In this document: piece by piece, positions 16,385 through 24,827 of the stretch
How the letters are laid out: each line of letters begins with the position of its first letter
Numbering within the stretch: position 1 is the first letter of the stretch
NCBI GenBank assembly: GCA_943359415.1
Contig: CALRHQ010000002.1
Coordinates: 1 to 37,098 of the forward strand
DNA length: 37,098 nucleotides
Direction of reading: 5' to 3'
Source: Candidatus Peribacteria bacterium
GTDB lineage: Bacteria; Patescibacteriota; Gracilibacteria; UBA1369; LOWO2-01-FULL-3
The notes under the pieces: generated by a model
Databases searched by the model: none
What the model saw: only the letters and a program-made list of their open reading frames with translations
What the model was told of the DNA's origin: nothing
Program-made: the position numbers and the translations under genes

Positions 16385-18586
16385 ATGGCACAAAAAGTTT
16401 CAAAAAAGGGAAAATTATTTGATTCCGAAAGGTTTAATAGTGCCCTTTCTCTTGCGAAAAAACACGATGCTTGCTGTGTCAAAGCTTTGGATATTTTGAT
16501 GCCGATGAATCCTGATGAAGATACTGCGATAGCTTTACTCGTGAAAGATCTTTTTTCGAGAGAAATTCTAAGTGAAAAGCAAATTGAAGAATTATTTGGT
16601 AAGTCTGTTATGGAGCTTATTAATGCTGTTATAAAGATTGAACATTTGAGTTATGAAGAAAATGATAAAACTTCAAAACTTGAAATTCTTAGAAAGATGT
16701 TTTTAACTATGGCCAAAGATATAAGGGTTGTTTTGATGAGTTTGGTTTGTAGACTGAATAAACTTAAAAATTTTCATGAAGTGGCTGATGATGTTTTATT
16801 CGCTAAGGAAACCCTTGATTTGTATGTTCCAATTGCGGATAGACTTGGAATTTATACAATAAAGACTGAACTTGAAGATCTTTCTTTTAAATATACTAAT
16901 TCTGTAGAGTATAAAAATATTTCAGGAAAATTAAAGGAAATAAAAAAAAGTTGTGAAATTTCAATAGCTTGGATTACTAAAAGTTTGACGGATTTCTTTT
17001 CAAATCGTGGAATTGTTGTTGATATTTCCGGAAGAATAAAAGGTGTTCATAGTATTTATAAAAAACTTGCTAAAAAAGGTCTGACTTCTCCGGAAGATTT
17101 ATATGATGTTTTTGCTATTAGAATTGTTTTACCTCAAAAAAAAGATGTTCTTGGAAATCCTCAAGTGGATCATCTTTATTCTGTGTTGGGACTTATCCAT
17201 AGTGAGTGGAGGCCTGTTACTAGAAGGTTTAAAGATTATATCGCTGTTCCGAAATCGAATGGATATAAGAGTTTGCATACGGTCGTTTTAGGTCTTGCTC
17301 CAAAGGATATGGATCAACCTGTTGAAATACAAATAAGGGATGAAACCATGCATATGGATAGTGAATTTGGAATAGCTGCGCATTGGGTTTATAAAGAAAA
17401 TGGTGTTGCTTCAAAATCATCTGCGCTTAAGGCTCACTCCGATTGGATCAGAGGAATCTCCGATATTCGCGATGGAGTTTACGATCTGGATGTTTTTAAA
17501 GATAAAATATTTGTTTTGACGCCGCGTGGAGAGGTTCGTGATTTGCCGGCAGGATCCACTCCTATTGATTTTGCTTATAGCGTCCATACAGATGTTGGAA
17601 ATAGATGTGTTATGGCAAAAGCTGATGGTAAAATCGTATCTCTTGATTATGAACTTAAGAATGGAGAAGTTGTTGAAATTATCACCAGGGGTGATGCAAC
17701 TCCGAAACTTCAGTGGCTTTCTGTTGTAAAAAGTGGATTTGCACGGAATAGAATAAAGGCTTATTTCAGCTCTTTAAATAGAGATAACAATATTAAACTT
17801 GGACGTGATCTTTTGAACACTCATTTTGAAAGAATTGGTAAACCTTCTCTCGATCAAAATTATACTATTTTAAAAAAATATCTTGGTAAAAGTTTGAGTT
17901 TATCTGAGCGTGAAACACTTCTTGAAGAAATAGGTCGTGGTGGAAAATTTGCACATGATATTGTGAAGAAAATTTATCCTTACGAAGAATCTGTTGTTCA
18001 TTCTGTAATCAAGCCTGTTAAGACTGTTAAAAAGCTGAAGAAAAATGATCTTGCTCAGAGTGTTGTGATAGAAAAAGAAGTTTTGATCGGTGGTGAAGCT
18101 GGTTTGCCTATAAAATTTGCAATTTGTTGTGGACCAAAATTTGGAGATAATATTATTGGATATGTTACGCGTGGAAATTGCGTTACTGTTCACAAAATGG
18201 ATTGTAAAATGATTGGTGCGCTTAATTATGACAGGTTCGTTTCCGCTCATTTTAAAAATGCTTTTGATGATGTTACCAAATATCTTGTAGGTATAAAACT
18301 TATCGTTATGTCTAGAATTGGGCTTATGAATGCTATTACTGCTGAGATTTCAAAACAGAATGTTGTTATAAAAGATATTCAGATTAATGAGCTGAAAAAT
18401 TCTGAACTTTATGAGGATTATTTTTTGTTGGAGATGAATGATTTAAATAAATTTGATATTATTATCGATAGGCTTGAAAATATTGATGGAGTTATTAAAG
18501 TTACCAGAGCTGAAAAAGGTGGTAAGTATGTTGCTGGGGCTAATGGAAGGAAAAAAACAGGTGTAGATTTAAAAAAAAAGAATTAG
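16385..18586 (+). CDS. relA: RelA/SpoT-family (p)ppGpp synthetase with a degenerate hydrolase (HD) domain, plus TGS and ACT-like C-terminal domains
   Basis: The synthetase core is GRIKGVHSIYKKL...DVFAIRIVL...RRFKDYIAVPKSNGYKSLHTVV...VEIQIRDETMHMDSEFGIAAHWVYKE. The TGS domain is IFVLTPRGEVRDLPAGSTPIDFAYSVHTDVGNRC. In the N-terminal domain, LLVKDLFS and VCRLNKLKN replace the usual LLHD..ED and ADRLHN motifs. Confidence 0.9.
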   Translation: MAQKVSKKGKLFDSERFNSALSLAKKHDACCVKALDILMPMNPDEDTAIALLVKDLFSREILSEKQIEELFGKSVMELINAVIKIEHLSYEENDKTSKLEILRKMFLTMAKDIRVVLMSLVCRLNKLKNFHEVADDVLFAKETLDLYVPIADRLGIYTIKTELEDLSFKYTNSVEYKNISGKLKEIKKSCEISIAWITKSLTDFFSNRGIVVDISGRIKGVHSIYKKLAKKGLTSPEDLYDVFAIRIVLPQKKDVLGNPQVDHLYSVLGLIHSEWRPVTRRFKDYIAVPKSNGYKSLHTVVLGLAPKDMDQPVEIQIRDETMHMDSEFGIAAHWVYKENGVASKSSALKAHSDWIRGISDIRDGVYDLDVFKDKIFVLTPRGEVRDLPAGSTPIDFAYSVHTDVGNRCVMAKADGKIVSLDYELKNGEVVEIITRGDATPKLQWLSVVKSGFARNRIKAYFSSLNRDNNIKLGRDLLNTHFERIGKPSLDQNYTILKKYLGKSLSLSERETLLEEIGRGGKFAHDIVKKIYPYEESVVHSVIKPVKTVKKLKKNDLAQSVVIEKEVLIGGEAGLPIKFAICCGPKFGDNIIGYVTRGNCVTVHKMDCKMIGALNYDRFVSAHFKNAFDDVTKYLVGIKLIVMSRIGLMNAITAEISKQNVVIKDIQINELKNSELYEDYFLLEMNDLNKFDIIIDRLENIDGVIKVTRAEKGGKYVAGANGRKKTGVDLKKKN

Positions 18587-19152
18587 AAGTCGATCAATCT
18601 GTTTAAATATTTTTCAATGTAAACGTCTTCTTCGTTTGTTGTTTTTATATTTTCTATTTCTGTAAAAGTTTTTGTTTTTATGAATTCGAAAAATTTAATA
18701 TATTTTTCGGCCATGAACATTGTGCTTTCTTTGAAATCCGGAACTATTCCAAGTTTGTCCATTAATTTTATTGCGAATGCGGTATAGACGAGGTTTGGTT
18801 TTTTTGATGTCATCAGATGCATGATCGCTTTTTTCATTAAACTGATGAGATTTTCGTACTTTTGTTCTTCGAGTAACATTGCGTTTGCGATCTCTGAAAT
18901 TTTTAGTGCGCTTTGAAAAGTTTCAAGTTTTGTAGCTTTTTTTAGAAGAGTTTCATTGCTTGAAATTTCTGTGATTATTATACTTTGTGGTCCGAAATAA
19001 AGTGATACTTCTGCTATGTTTAGTGTTTCGATGTGTCCTACAAATTTACTTGTTAGTTTCCTTCCACCTTTTGCGTATGCTTTTATTTTGCCTAATTCTT
19101 CCGAATATAAAAAAACAAGCCTGTCGGATTCGCCGACATTTTTATGGCCCAA
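18583..19152 (-). CDS. recO: DNA repair protein RecO (short form; start codon uncertain)
   Basis: GESDRLVFLYSEELGKIKAYAKGGRKLTSKF...LYFGPQ matches the RecO N-terminal OB-fold region. The track start is a TTG. The conserved beta-strand appears to begin a few codons upstream (..CIIL), where I see no canonical start codon. Confidence 0.75.
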   Translation of the reverse strand: MGHKNVGESDRLVFLYSEELGKIKAYAKGGRKLTSKFVGHIETLNIAEVSLYFGPQSIIITEISSNETLLKKATKLETFQSALKISEIANAMLLEEQKYENLISLMKKAIMHLMTSKKPNLVYTAFAIKLMDKLGIVPDFKESTMFMAEKYIKFFEFIKTKTFTEIENIKTTNEEDVYIEKYLNRLIDF

Positions 19153-19169
19153 GATGATGCATTTTGTTG

Positions 19170-20093
19170 TTACTGATTTAGATATTCGTGTACTGCGATT
19201 AGAGAACTTGTTGTGCTTAAGATGATTGTTGCTAGAATTTCTCCTGCAATTATTTTTATGATTTCAGTATTTTCAAATGTTGTCGAAATCCCATAAGAGG
19301 AAATGTCTATTTTTTGTGTAATTATTGCAAACATTCCAAGGCTAAGTATTACCGCTAAAAGTCCATAAATTATGCTTTCCATGATGAATGGAAGTCTTAT
19401 GAATGAATGTGATGCTCCAACAAGTTTCATAACTTCGATTTCTTTTTTACGATTAAATATCGTGATTTGTATTGCGTTTAACATGATTAAGGCCCCTCCA
19501 ATAATAAAAATTGTTATTAACCAAAAAATTATTTGCCCTGCAAAATTTGTTATTTTTACAAGATTTTGAGCAGCGCTTGTTATGAGGGATGTGTTCTCAG
19601 AACTGGTTGATTGAAAATTTGAAAGATATGGAGTGTATTTTTCTTGAGATAAAAATTTTGTTACATTTTCATAATATTTTGGATGAATCGTTTTGATGTT
19701 TATGCTCGCCGGCAGTGGATTCCCGAGACTGTATTTTTCGAATGCATTTGAAATATCCGGATGTAATTTGTTGATTTGTTTCAGTGCATCTTCTTTTGAA
19801 AAATAAATTGCACTTTCTATCCCTTCAACTTTTTTAAGATCATTTATTACTGAAACCACTTGTTCGTATGTTGTACTTTCCTTGATGTATGCGACGATAT
19901 CTATTTTTTTATTTAGGTCTGAAAGTGCGTCTCTTGAAATGAAATTTACAAGTAGAATCGTGTTGAAGATAAGCAAAATAACCGCCATTACAAATATTGT
20001 TGCTACTGACAAAAATTTATTTCTCCATACATTTGAAATTGCGAGCGAAAGCCCGCGTTTAATCAGGTTGAGAGATGAGGGTATTTGTTTCAT
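19170..20093 (-). CDS. ftsX: Cell-division ABC-transporter permease-like protein FtsX
   Basis: IKRGLSLAISNVWRNKFLSVATIFVMAVILLIFN is followed by a periplasmic-type domain and three C-terminal TM segments containing KKEIEVMKLVGASHSFIRLPF. No ftsE is adjacent. Confidence 0.88.
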   Translation of the reverse strand: MKQIPSSLNLIKRGLSLAISNVWRNKFLSVATIFVMAVILLIFNTILLVNFISRDALSDLNKKIDIVAYIKESTTYEQVVSVINDLKKVEGIESAIYFSKEDALKQINKLHPDISNAFEKYSLGNPLPASINIKTIHPKYYENVTKFLSQEKYTPYLSNFQSTSSENTSLITSAAQNLVKITNFAGQIIFWLITIFIIGGALIMLNAIQITIFNRKKEIEVMKLVGASHSFIRLPFIMESIIYGLLAVILSLGMFAIITQKIDISSYGISTTFENTEIIKIIAGEILATIILSTTSSLIAVHEYLNQ

Positions 20094-20529
20094 GAGGTTG
20101 ATTTACGCTATTTAGATTATATTTAATTATTGAAGATTTGTACATATCAGGACGATATGGTTTTAATCTGACGATTTTTGTTTCGAGTTTAAGTTCGATT
20201 ATCATTTTGTCGAGCAAATATGTGAATGCGAATTGGTCGTATCCAAGAGCGATAATGTCAGGTTTGTAATTTCTTATTCCTGTTGTTTTGTCTTTTATAT
20301 CTCCCAAAATTACTTTGTTTGCCCAAGATGTTTCTTCAAGAGCTTTCATTCTTTCTTTTTCGCTATGGTCTGGACTAAAGCCTTTTATGGTTTTTACAGT
20401 TTTGTCGCGTGCGATAATAGCGATTATCTCGTCGCCAAGTTCGCGTGCTTGGGAAAATAAATTTTCATGGCCTGCATGCAAATAATCAAATGTTCCAAAT
20501 ACCATAACTAATTTTTTGTCTTTTTCCAT
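20059..20529 (-). CDS. Cytidylyltransferase-fold nucleotidyltransferase, RibL-like (archaeal-type FMN adenylyltransferase / FAD synthase candidate)
   Basis: VFGTFDYLHAGHENLFSQARELGDEIIAIIARDKTVKTIKG....ERMKALE....KVILG......KPDIIALGYDQ closely follows, from my memory of it, the pattern of archaeal RibL (GTFDILHPGH...IVARD...KPDIIVLGPDQ). The 3' end overlaps ftsX by 35 nt. Confidence 0.7.
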   Translation of the reverse strand: MEKDKKLVMVFGTFDYLHAGHENLFSQARELGDEIIAIIARDKTVKTIKGFSPDHSEKERMKALEETSWANKVILGDIKDKTTGIRNYKPDIIALGYDQFAFTYLLDKMIIELKLETKIVRLKPYRPDMYKSSIIKYNLNSVNQPHETNTLISQPD

Positions 20530-20835
20530 TTATACGATTGTTGGGATTGCGAGATTTACGATGACTAGCGCTATCAGGACGAGTATTATCAATGATATCA
20601 GGAAAATGTCCAGTACTTTGTGTGAATTTTCCGGATCAAAGAAGGAAATTCTGAGAGAAGACAGTCCGTAGATCATTCCTGTCAAAATGAATGGAATTTC
20701 CATTGTTTTATTTACTATATAGCTGATTTGTGAAGATACGTTATTTGCGAGCATCATGCTGGATCCGAGGTGTATCACCCCTATCGCAATAAAGAAGATT
20801 AGAGAGACTTTTTTGATGTTTAGAAATGTGTTCAT
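20530..20835 (-). CDS. Small membrane protein (101 aa, about three TM helices), hypothetical
   Basis: The ORF abuts the downstream gene start, with no gap. Three hydrophobic helices are visible. No family was recognised. Confidence 0.55.
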   Translation of the reverse strand: MNTFLNIKKVSLIFFIAIGVIHLGSSMMLANNVSSQISYIVNKTMEIPFILTGMIYGLSSLRISFFDPENSHKVLDIFLISLIILVLIALVIVNLAIPTIV

Positions 20836-20874
20836 TTTTGTTTGGCAGTCAATGAAGGAATTCTAGCTTAGTTC

Positions 20875-20903
20875 TTGCTTTTTGGCTACTTTTTTTGTAG
20901 AGT
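20875..20903 (+). promoter_or_regulatory. Candidate promoter for gatCA (TTGCTT-N17-TAGAGT), predicting a leaderless or near-leaderless mRNA
   Basis: -35 at 20875-20880, a 17-nt spacer, and -10 at 20898-20903. Only 6 nt separate the -10 from the gatC ATG (20910). Confidence 0.35.
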
Positions 20904-20909
20904 TTTGGC

Positions 20910-21200
20910 ATGTTAACAGAAGAACAGGTCAGGCACACAGCAAAGCTTGCAAGGCTTAACCTTACAGATGAGGAGGTTAAAAAATTTGCCGGACAATTGT
21001 CCGGAGTTCTTGAATATGTGGATATTTTGAAAGAAGTGGATACGGAAGGAGTGGAAATCACCAGTCAAGTTACGGGACTTAAAAATGTTATGAGGAAAGA
21101 TGATGTTGTTCAAAGTGAGGCTACGAGAGAGGAACTTTTGGCTTGTAGTGAGCTTGAAGTCGATAGTAATCAAGTAAAAGTGATGAATGCAATTAAATAA
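20910..21200 (+). CDS. gatC: Asp/Glu-tRNA(Asn/Gln) amidotransferase subunit C
   Basis: 96 aa. MLTEEQVRHTAKLARLNLTDEEVKKFAGQLSGVLEYVDILKEVDTEGVE is the canonical GatC pattern. It overlaps gatA by 14 nt. Confidence 0.93.
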   Translation: MLTEEQVRHTAKLARLNLTDEEVKKFAGQLSGVLEYVDILKEVDTEGVEITSQVTGLKNVMRKDDVVQSEATREELLACSELEVDSNQVKVMNAIK

Positions 21201-22629
21201 ACTTAAAATTAGTGAAGTGGCAAAAGGGCTTAGGGCGGGGGATTTTTCTTGTGAAGATGTCATGAAGGATTGTCTTGCTGAGATTTCGCTAAAAAATAAA
21301 GATTTGAACGCCTATATTTTTGTTGACGAAAAAATGGCTTTGAATGAAGCAAAAGAGATGGATAAGAGATTTAAAAAAGGTGAAGATTTGGGTCCTTTGA
21401 TGGGAATTCCTTGTGGACTTAAAGATAATTTTAATACTAATGGTGTAAAGACTACATGCTGTTCTAACATGTTGAAGGGTTTTGTTCCGCCTTATGATGC
21501 AAATGTTGTAAAAAGGCTTAGAGATGCCGGAATGGTAATGGTTGGAAAGACAAATATGGATGAGTTTGCATGTGGAGGAAGTACTGAACATTCATGTTTT
21601 GGGGCGACGAGAAATCCTTATGATCTTTCGAGAGTTGCAGGAGGAACGTCTGGAGGAAGCGCTGCGGCGACTGCCTCTGATATGTGTATTTACGCTATGG
21701 GAAGTGATACTGGAGGTTCTATTCGTCAGCCTGCAAGTTTTTGCGGAGTTGTTGGATTGAAGGTCACTTATGGTCGTGTTTCAAGAAGTGGAATTACGGC
21801 GATGGCTTCTAGCTGGGATACGGTTGGGCATTTTGCTAAAAGCGTAGAAGATGCGGCAATTGTTTTGAATGTAACTGCAGGAAAAGATTTAAAAGATGCT
21901 ACGACTCCGGATGTAAATGTTCCGGATTATACTTCGTTTCTTGGAAAAGGTGTAAAAGGGCTTAAGATAGGTATTCCGAAAGAATATTTTGGGGAGGGGA
22001 TTGACAGCGAAGTTGCGGATAAAGTGATGGAAGTTGTGGAAAAACTTAAAAAAGAAGGGGCAAAAGTGATGGAAGTTTCTTTGCCGATGACGAAGTATGC
22101 GGTGGCGGCTTATTATGTAATGATGCCTGCTGAACTTTCTGCGAATTTGGAAAGATTTGATGGAATCAGATATGGGAAAAAGCCTTCAAAGAGCGCTCCA
22201 CAAGATTTAGTGGAATATTATTTTGCTGCTCGTGGAGAAGGATTTGGAAGTGAGATAAAGCGTAGAATAATGATCGGAACTTATGTTTTGTCGGCTGGTT
22301 ATTATGATGCGTATTATAAAAAAGCTCAGAAAGTTCGAACATTGATTATCAAAGATTTTGAAAAGGCTTTTGAGGAAGTGGATGTTTTGATCGCTCCTGT
22401 AAGCCCAATTCCTGCGTTTAAAGTAGGTGAGCTCGTTGATAATCCGCTTGCGATGTATATGGCGGACGTGTTGACGATTCCTGCAAGTGCGGCTGGACTT
22501 CCTGCGATGTCGGTACCTGCTGGAATGTCTTCAGGAGGTCTTCCAATTGGATTGCAGATCATCGCTCCGCAGTTTGAAGAGGGACGATGTTTTACTGTTG
22601 GGGAAGCGGTGGAAAAAGTTCAGCAATAG
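21187..22629 (+). CDS. gatA: Asp/Glu-tRNA(Asn/Gln) amidotransferase subunit A (amidase signature family)
   Basis: GIPCGLKDNF...GKTNMDEFACGGSTE...GGTSGGSAAATAS...GSDTGGSIRQPASFCG is the amidase signature and GatA pattern. gatB is not in the window. Confidence 0.95.
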   Translation: MQLNKLKISEVAKGLRAGDFSCEDVMKDCLAEISLKNKDLNAYIFVDEKMALNEAKEMDKRFKKGEDLGPLMGIPCGLKDNFNTNGVKTTCCSNMLKGFVPPYDANVVKRLRDAGMVMVGKTNMDEFACGGSTEHSCFGATRNPYDLSRVAGGTSGGSAAATASDMCIYAMGSDTGGSIRQPASFCGVVGLKVTYGRVSRSGITAMASSWDTVGHFAKSVEDAAIVLNVTAGKDLKDATTPDVNVPDYTSFLGKGVKGLKIGIPKEYFGEGIDSEVADKVMEVVEKLKKEGAKVMEVSLPMTKYAVAAYYVMMPAELSANLERFDGIRYGKKPSKSAPQDLVEYYFAARGEGFGSEIKRRIMIGTYVLSAGYYDAYYKKAQKVRTLIIKDFEKAFEEVDVLIAPVSPIPAFKVGELVDNPLAMYMADVLTIPASAAGLPAMSVPAGMSSGGLPIGLQIIAPQFEEGRCFTVGEAVEKVQQ

Positions 22630-22779
22630 TTTTAAAAAGAAAAAATATATTTGAGAAAACAGTTAAAGCGCTATTCGCGCATCGCTTGGGCTAGCATGTA
22701 CGCCCTTCGCGAAGACTCGCATCGTGATGCTCGTCTTTTTTAACAATATTTTCTCAAATATATTTTTTCTTTTTAAAAC
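22629..22779. repeat. 151-bp inverted-repeat element (perfect 31-bp AT-rich arms plus a 6-bp extension) enclosing a ~60% G+C core; it fills the entire gatA/TrmB-like convergent spacer
   Basis: 22629-22659 (GTTTTAAAAAGAAAAAATATATTTGAGAAAA) is the exact reverse complement of 22749-22779. GTTAAA (22662-22667) also pairs with TTTAAC (22739-22744). By hand count the core 22668-22735 has 41 of 68 G+C. The arms overlap the last base of the gatA stop codon and the stop codon plus last codons of the minus-strand gene. Confidence 0.85.
22714..22741 (+). terminator. Intrinsic terminator for gatA, embedded in the inverted-repeat core
   Basis: GAC-TC-GCAT[CGTG]ATGC-TC-GTC hairpin (7 bp with a 2x2 internal loop) followed by T6 (22736-22741). 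Confidence 0.55.
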
Positions 22780-23636
22780 AACGATAAATTCTTTCTATAA
22801 ATATCTTCAGCAGTTTCTTCTCTATCAGCGATAAGATTTTTTGGGTTCTTTATTGGTTCGAGGAGCTTTGTTTTTATGTCTTTTGATTTTTCCACCTCTC
22901 CTAAGATTTTTGCAAATTTCCAACACATATCGAAAATTGTGCGTTGGCTGTTTGCAATTTCTGCGCTTTCGATGATCATTCCGATCAGTTCATCTTTAAA
23001 TGAAATTATTGCAACCTTGTCATCGTAAATATTTATTTCGTTTGTGAAATCAAATTGAGATGGATCTAGTATACGCATTTCTCGAAAGTTTTTTTTATCT
23101 AGTTCATGTACTTTTTTGCCATATTCGTCGTTTTGACATATTCCTTTCAAGAAGATTTGTTTTTTTGCTCTTTTTTCTACGTATTCCGTGTCATAGCTTG
23201 GCCAATTTTTTCTTATCTCTAGAGAATTTGAATAATTTAGAATTTCTGTTTTACTGCTTAAAGTATCTGCATAAATGGCTTTGATCCCTTCAATTCCTTC
23301 GAAATATCTGACCCTTGGATGTGCAGTTTCGCCTGTTAATCTTTTTAATTTTGGTAAAGCCACTCGAAGTGAATTTGTTCTTTTTTCAAATTCTTCGAGA
23401 AGAGTTTCAGGCTTTGTCGCAACAAAATATTTGATTTGTTTTTTTGTAAAATGACTTATCAGTCCGCGTTGTTTTAGTTTTTCAAGAATGTCATATGTCG
23501 TGACTCTGTTTATTCCTGCTTTTTGTGCAATTTGTGAAACGGGAGATGTTCCTGATTCGGTTGCAGCAAGGTAAACCTTTGATTCTTTATCTGTAAGTCC
23601 GAGGCTTATAAGGATTTGGATAAGCTCTTTTTCCAT
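22773..23636 (-). CDS. TrmB-family transcriptional regulator (winged HTH plus C-terminal domain)
   Basis: LGLTDKESKVYLAATESGTSPVSQIAQKAGINRVTTYDILEKLKQRGLI is the typical TrmB N-terminal wHTH. 287 aa. Confidence 0.8.
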   Translation of the reverse strand: MEKELIQILISLGLTDKESKVYLAATESGTSPVSQIAQKAGINRVTTYDILEKLKQRGLISHFTKKQIKYFVATKPETLLEEFEKRTNSLRVALPKLKRLTGETAHPRVRYFEGIEGIKAIYADTLSSKTEILNYSNSLEIRKNWPSYDTEYVEKRAKKQIFLKGICQNDEYGKKVHELDKKNFREMRILDPSQFDFTNEINIYDDKVAIISFKDELIGMIIESAEIANSQRTIFDMCWKFAKILGEVEKSKDIKTKLLEPIKNPKNLIADREETAEDIYRKNLSLF

Positions 23637-23694
23637 TGTGCATGAATTTATGTTGTAGAAACCTACGACGAATTTACGAAGTAGATTTTAACAA

Positions 23695-24714
23695 TTACTT
23701 TTTCTTACAGCAATCAATTATAAATTTTTCTATTGCTAGTTTATGATGACTGTTGTCTTGAGATGAAGTTTTTATTTGTCCTGTTTTGAAATCTGTATCT
23801 ATTTTGAGTAATTTTTTGTAAATTTCAACAAGATCTTCTTCTGTAAAATTTCGGCATTGTGAGGCCATTTTTGGAACTACGAAAACCGGTAGACTTAATT
23901 TTTTTACAATACTTTGATGTATTTCTTTTCGTTGAACCATGTCGAAAACTTGAATAAGGAGTCTGAAATGCCTGACTATCATGAAAAATATTTTTGCCAT
24001 ATCTCCATCGGATTCTTCGAGTATTTGTAAAATGCTTATGGCTTCTTTTTGTCTTTTCTCTGCGATAAAATCTGTTAAATGAAAAATTGATGCTGAGAGA
24101 GTGGGGGATACAAGTTTTTCAATCATTTCTTTAGTTATTTCTTCTCCGTTTGCAAATGTTTTGAGCTTTTCATATTCGCTTGAAAGAGCCCATAGGCTTC
24201 CTGAAACTTGGTCGGCCAGAGCTCTTGCGGCCAATGGTGAGATTTTTACGTTTTCCTTCTTTGCCTTTGCAAGTATCCATTGGGCACTTTCTTGAGGAGA
24301 AAGCGGCGCAAATTCTTCCACTTTCCCTATCTGTATAATTTTCTTGTACAATGCGGACGTCTTTGTGATTCCTGCGTTTTCGTAGAAAAATAGTACGCAA
24401 AAATCTGGAGTTTTTTCTATGATTTTGGCCATTTGCTTTTGTTCTTCGGCGTTTCTTTCGTCGAAAAAATCTTTGATGATTACGAGTTTTTTTTCTGATA
24501 AGAAGGGGAGTGACTGAAGGTCTGTTTCAAAATTTTTCATGTCTAACTTTTCGCCGTCTAAAATTTCAACACTACTATCTTCTCCGTATTTTTTTATGAA
24601 TCCGTTTTGCCAAGCTTTTAGCTTTTGGTTCGATGAAAAATTGTCTTCACCGAAAAAGAGGAAGACGTTGATTTGGGTTGAGGCTTCTGGTTTTTGTGAT
24701 TCTTCTTGTGTCAT
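23695..24714 (-). CDS. holA: DNA polymerase III delta subunit
   Basis: VFLFFGEDNFSSNQKLKAWQ...LDGEKLDMKNFETDLQSLPFLSEKKLVIIKDF matches the HolA N-domain. The length (339 aa) is typical. Confidence 0.82.
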   Translation of the reverse strand: MTQEESQKPEASTQINVFLFFGEDNFSSNQKLKAWQNGFIKKYGEDSSVEILDGEKLDMKNFETDLQSLPFLSEKKLVIIKDFFDERNAEEQKQMAKIIEKTPDFCVLFFYENAGITKTSALYKKIIQIGKVEEFAPLSPQESAQWILAKAKKENVKISPLAARALADQVSGSLWALSSEYEKLKTFANGEEITKEMIEKLVSPTLSASIFHLTDFIAEKRQKEAISILQILEESDGDMAKIFFMIVRHFRLLIQVFDMVQRKEIHQSIVKKLSLPVFVVPKMASQCRNFTEEDLVEIYKKLLKIDTDFKTGQIKTSSQDNSHHKLAIEKFIIDCCKKK

Positions 24715-24774
24715 ATTTTGATCTCGTTTTCTGTTTTTGGATAACGGGAGCTCATTATAGTCTAAATATGTGTC

Positions 24775-24809
24775 AAAAAAAAGAGCCCCATACTTAAGGG
24801 CTCTTTTTT
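24775..24809. terminator. Rho-independent terminator downstream of the giant-gene operon (bidirectional architecture)
   Basis: A8-GAGCCC-cat acttaa-GGGCTC-T6: the stem AGAGCCC/GGGCTCT has a 9-nt loop and is flanked by A- and T-runs. It lies 19 nt after the 1847-aa gene stop on the minus strand. Confidence 0.85.
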
Positions 24810-24827
24810 GTTAAATTAGATTGTTTA

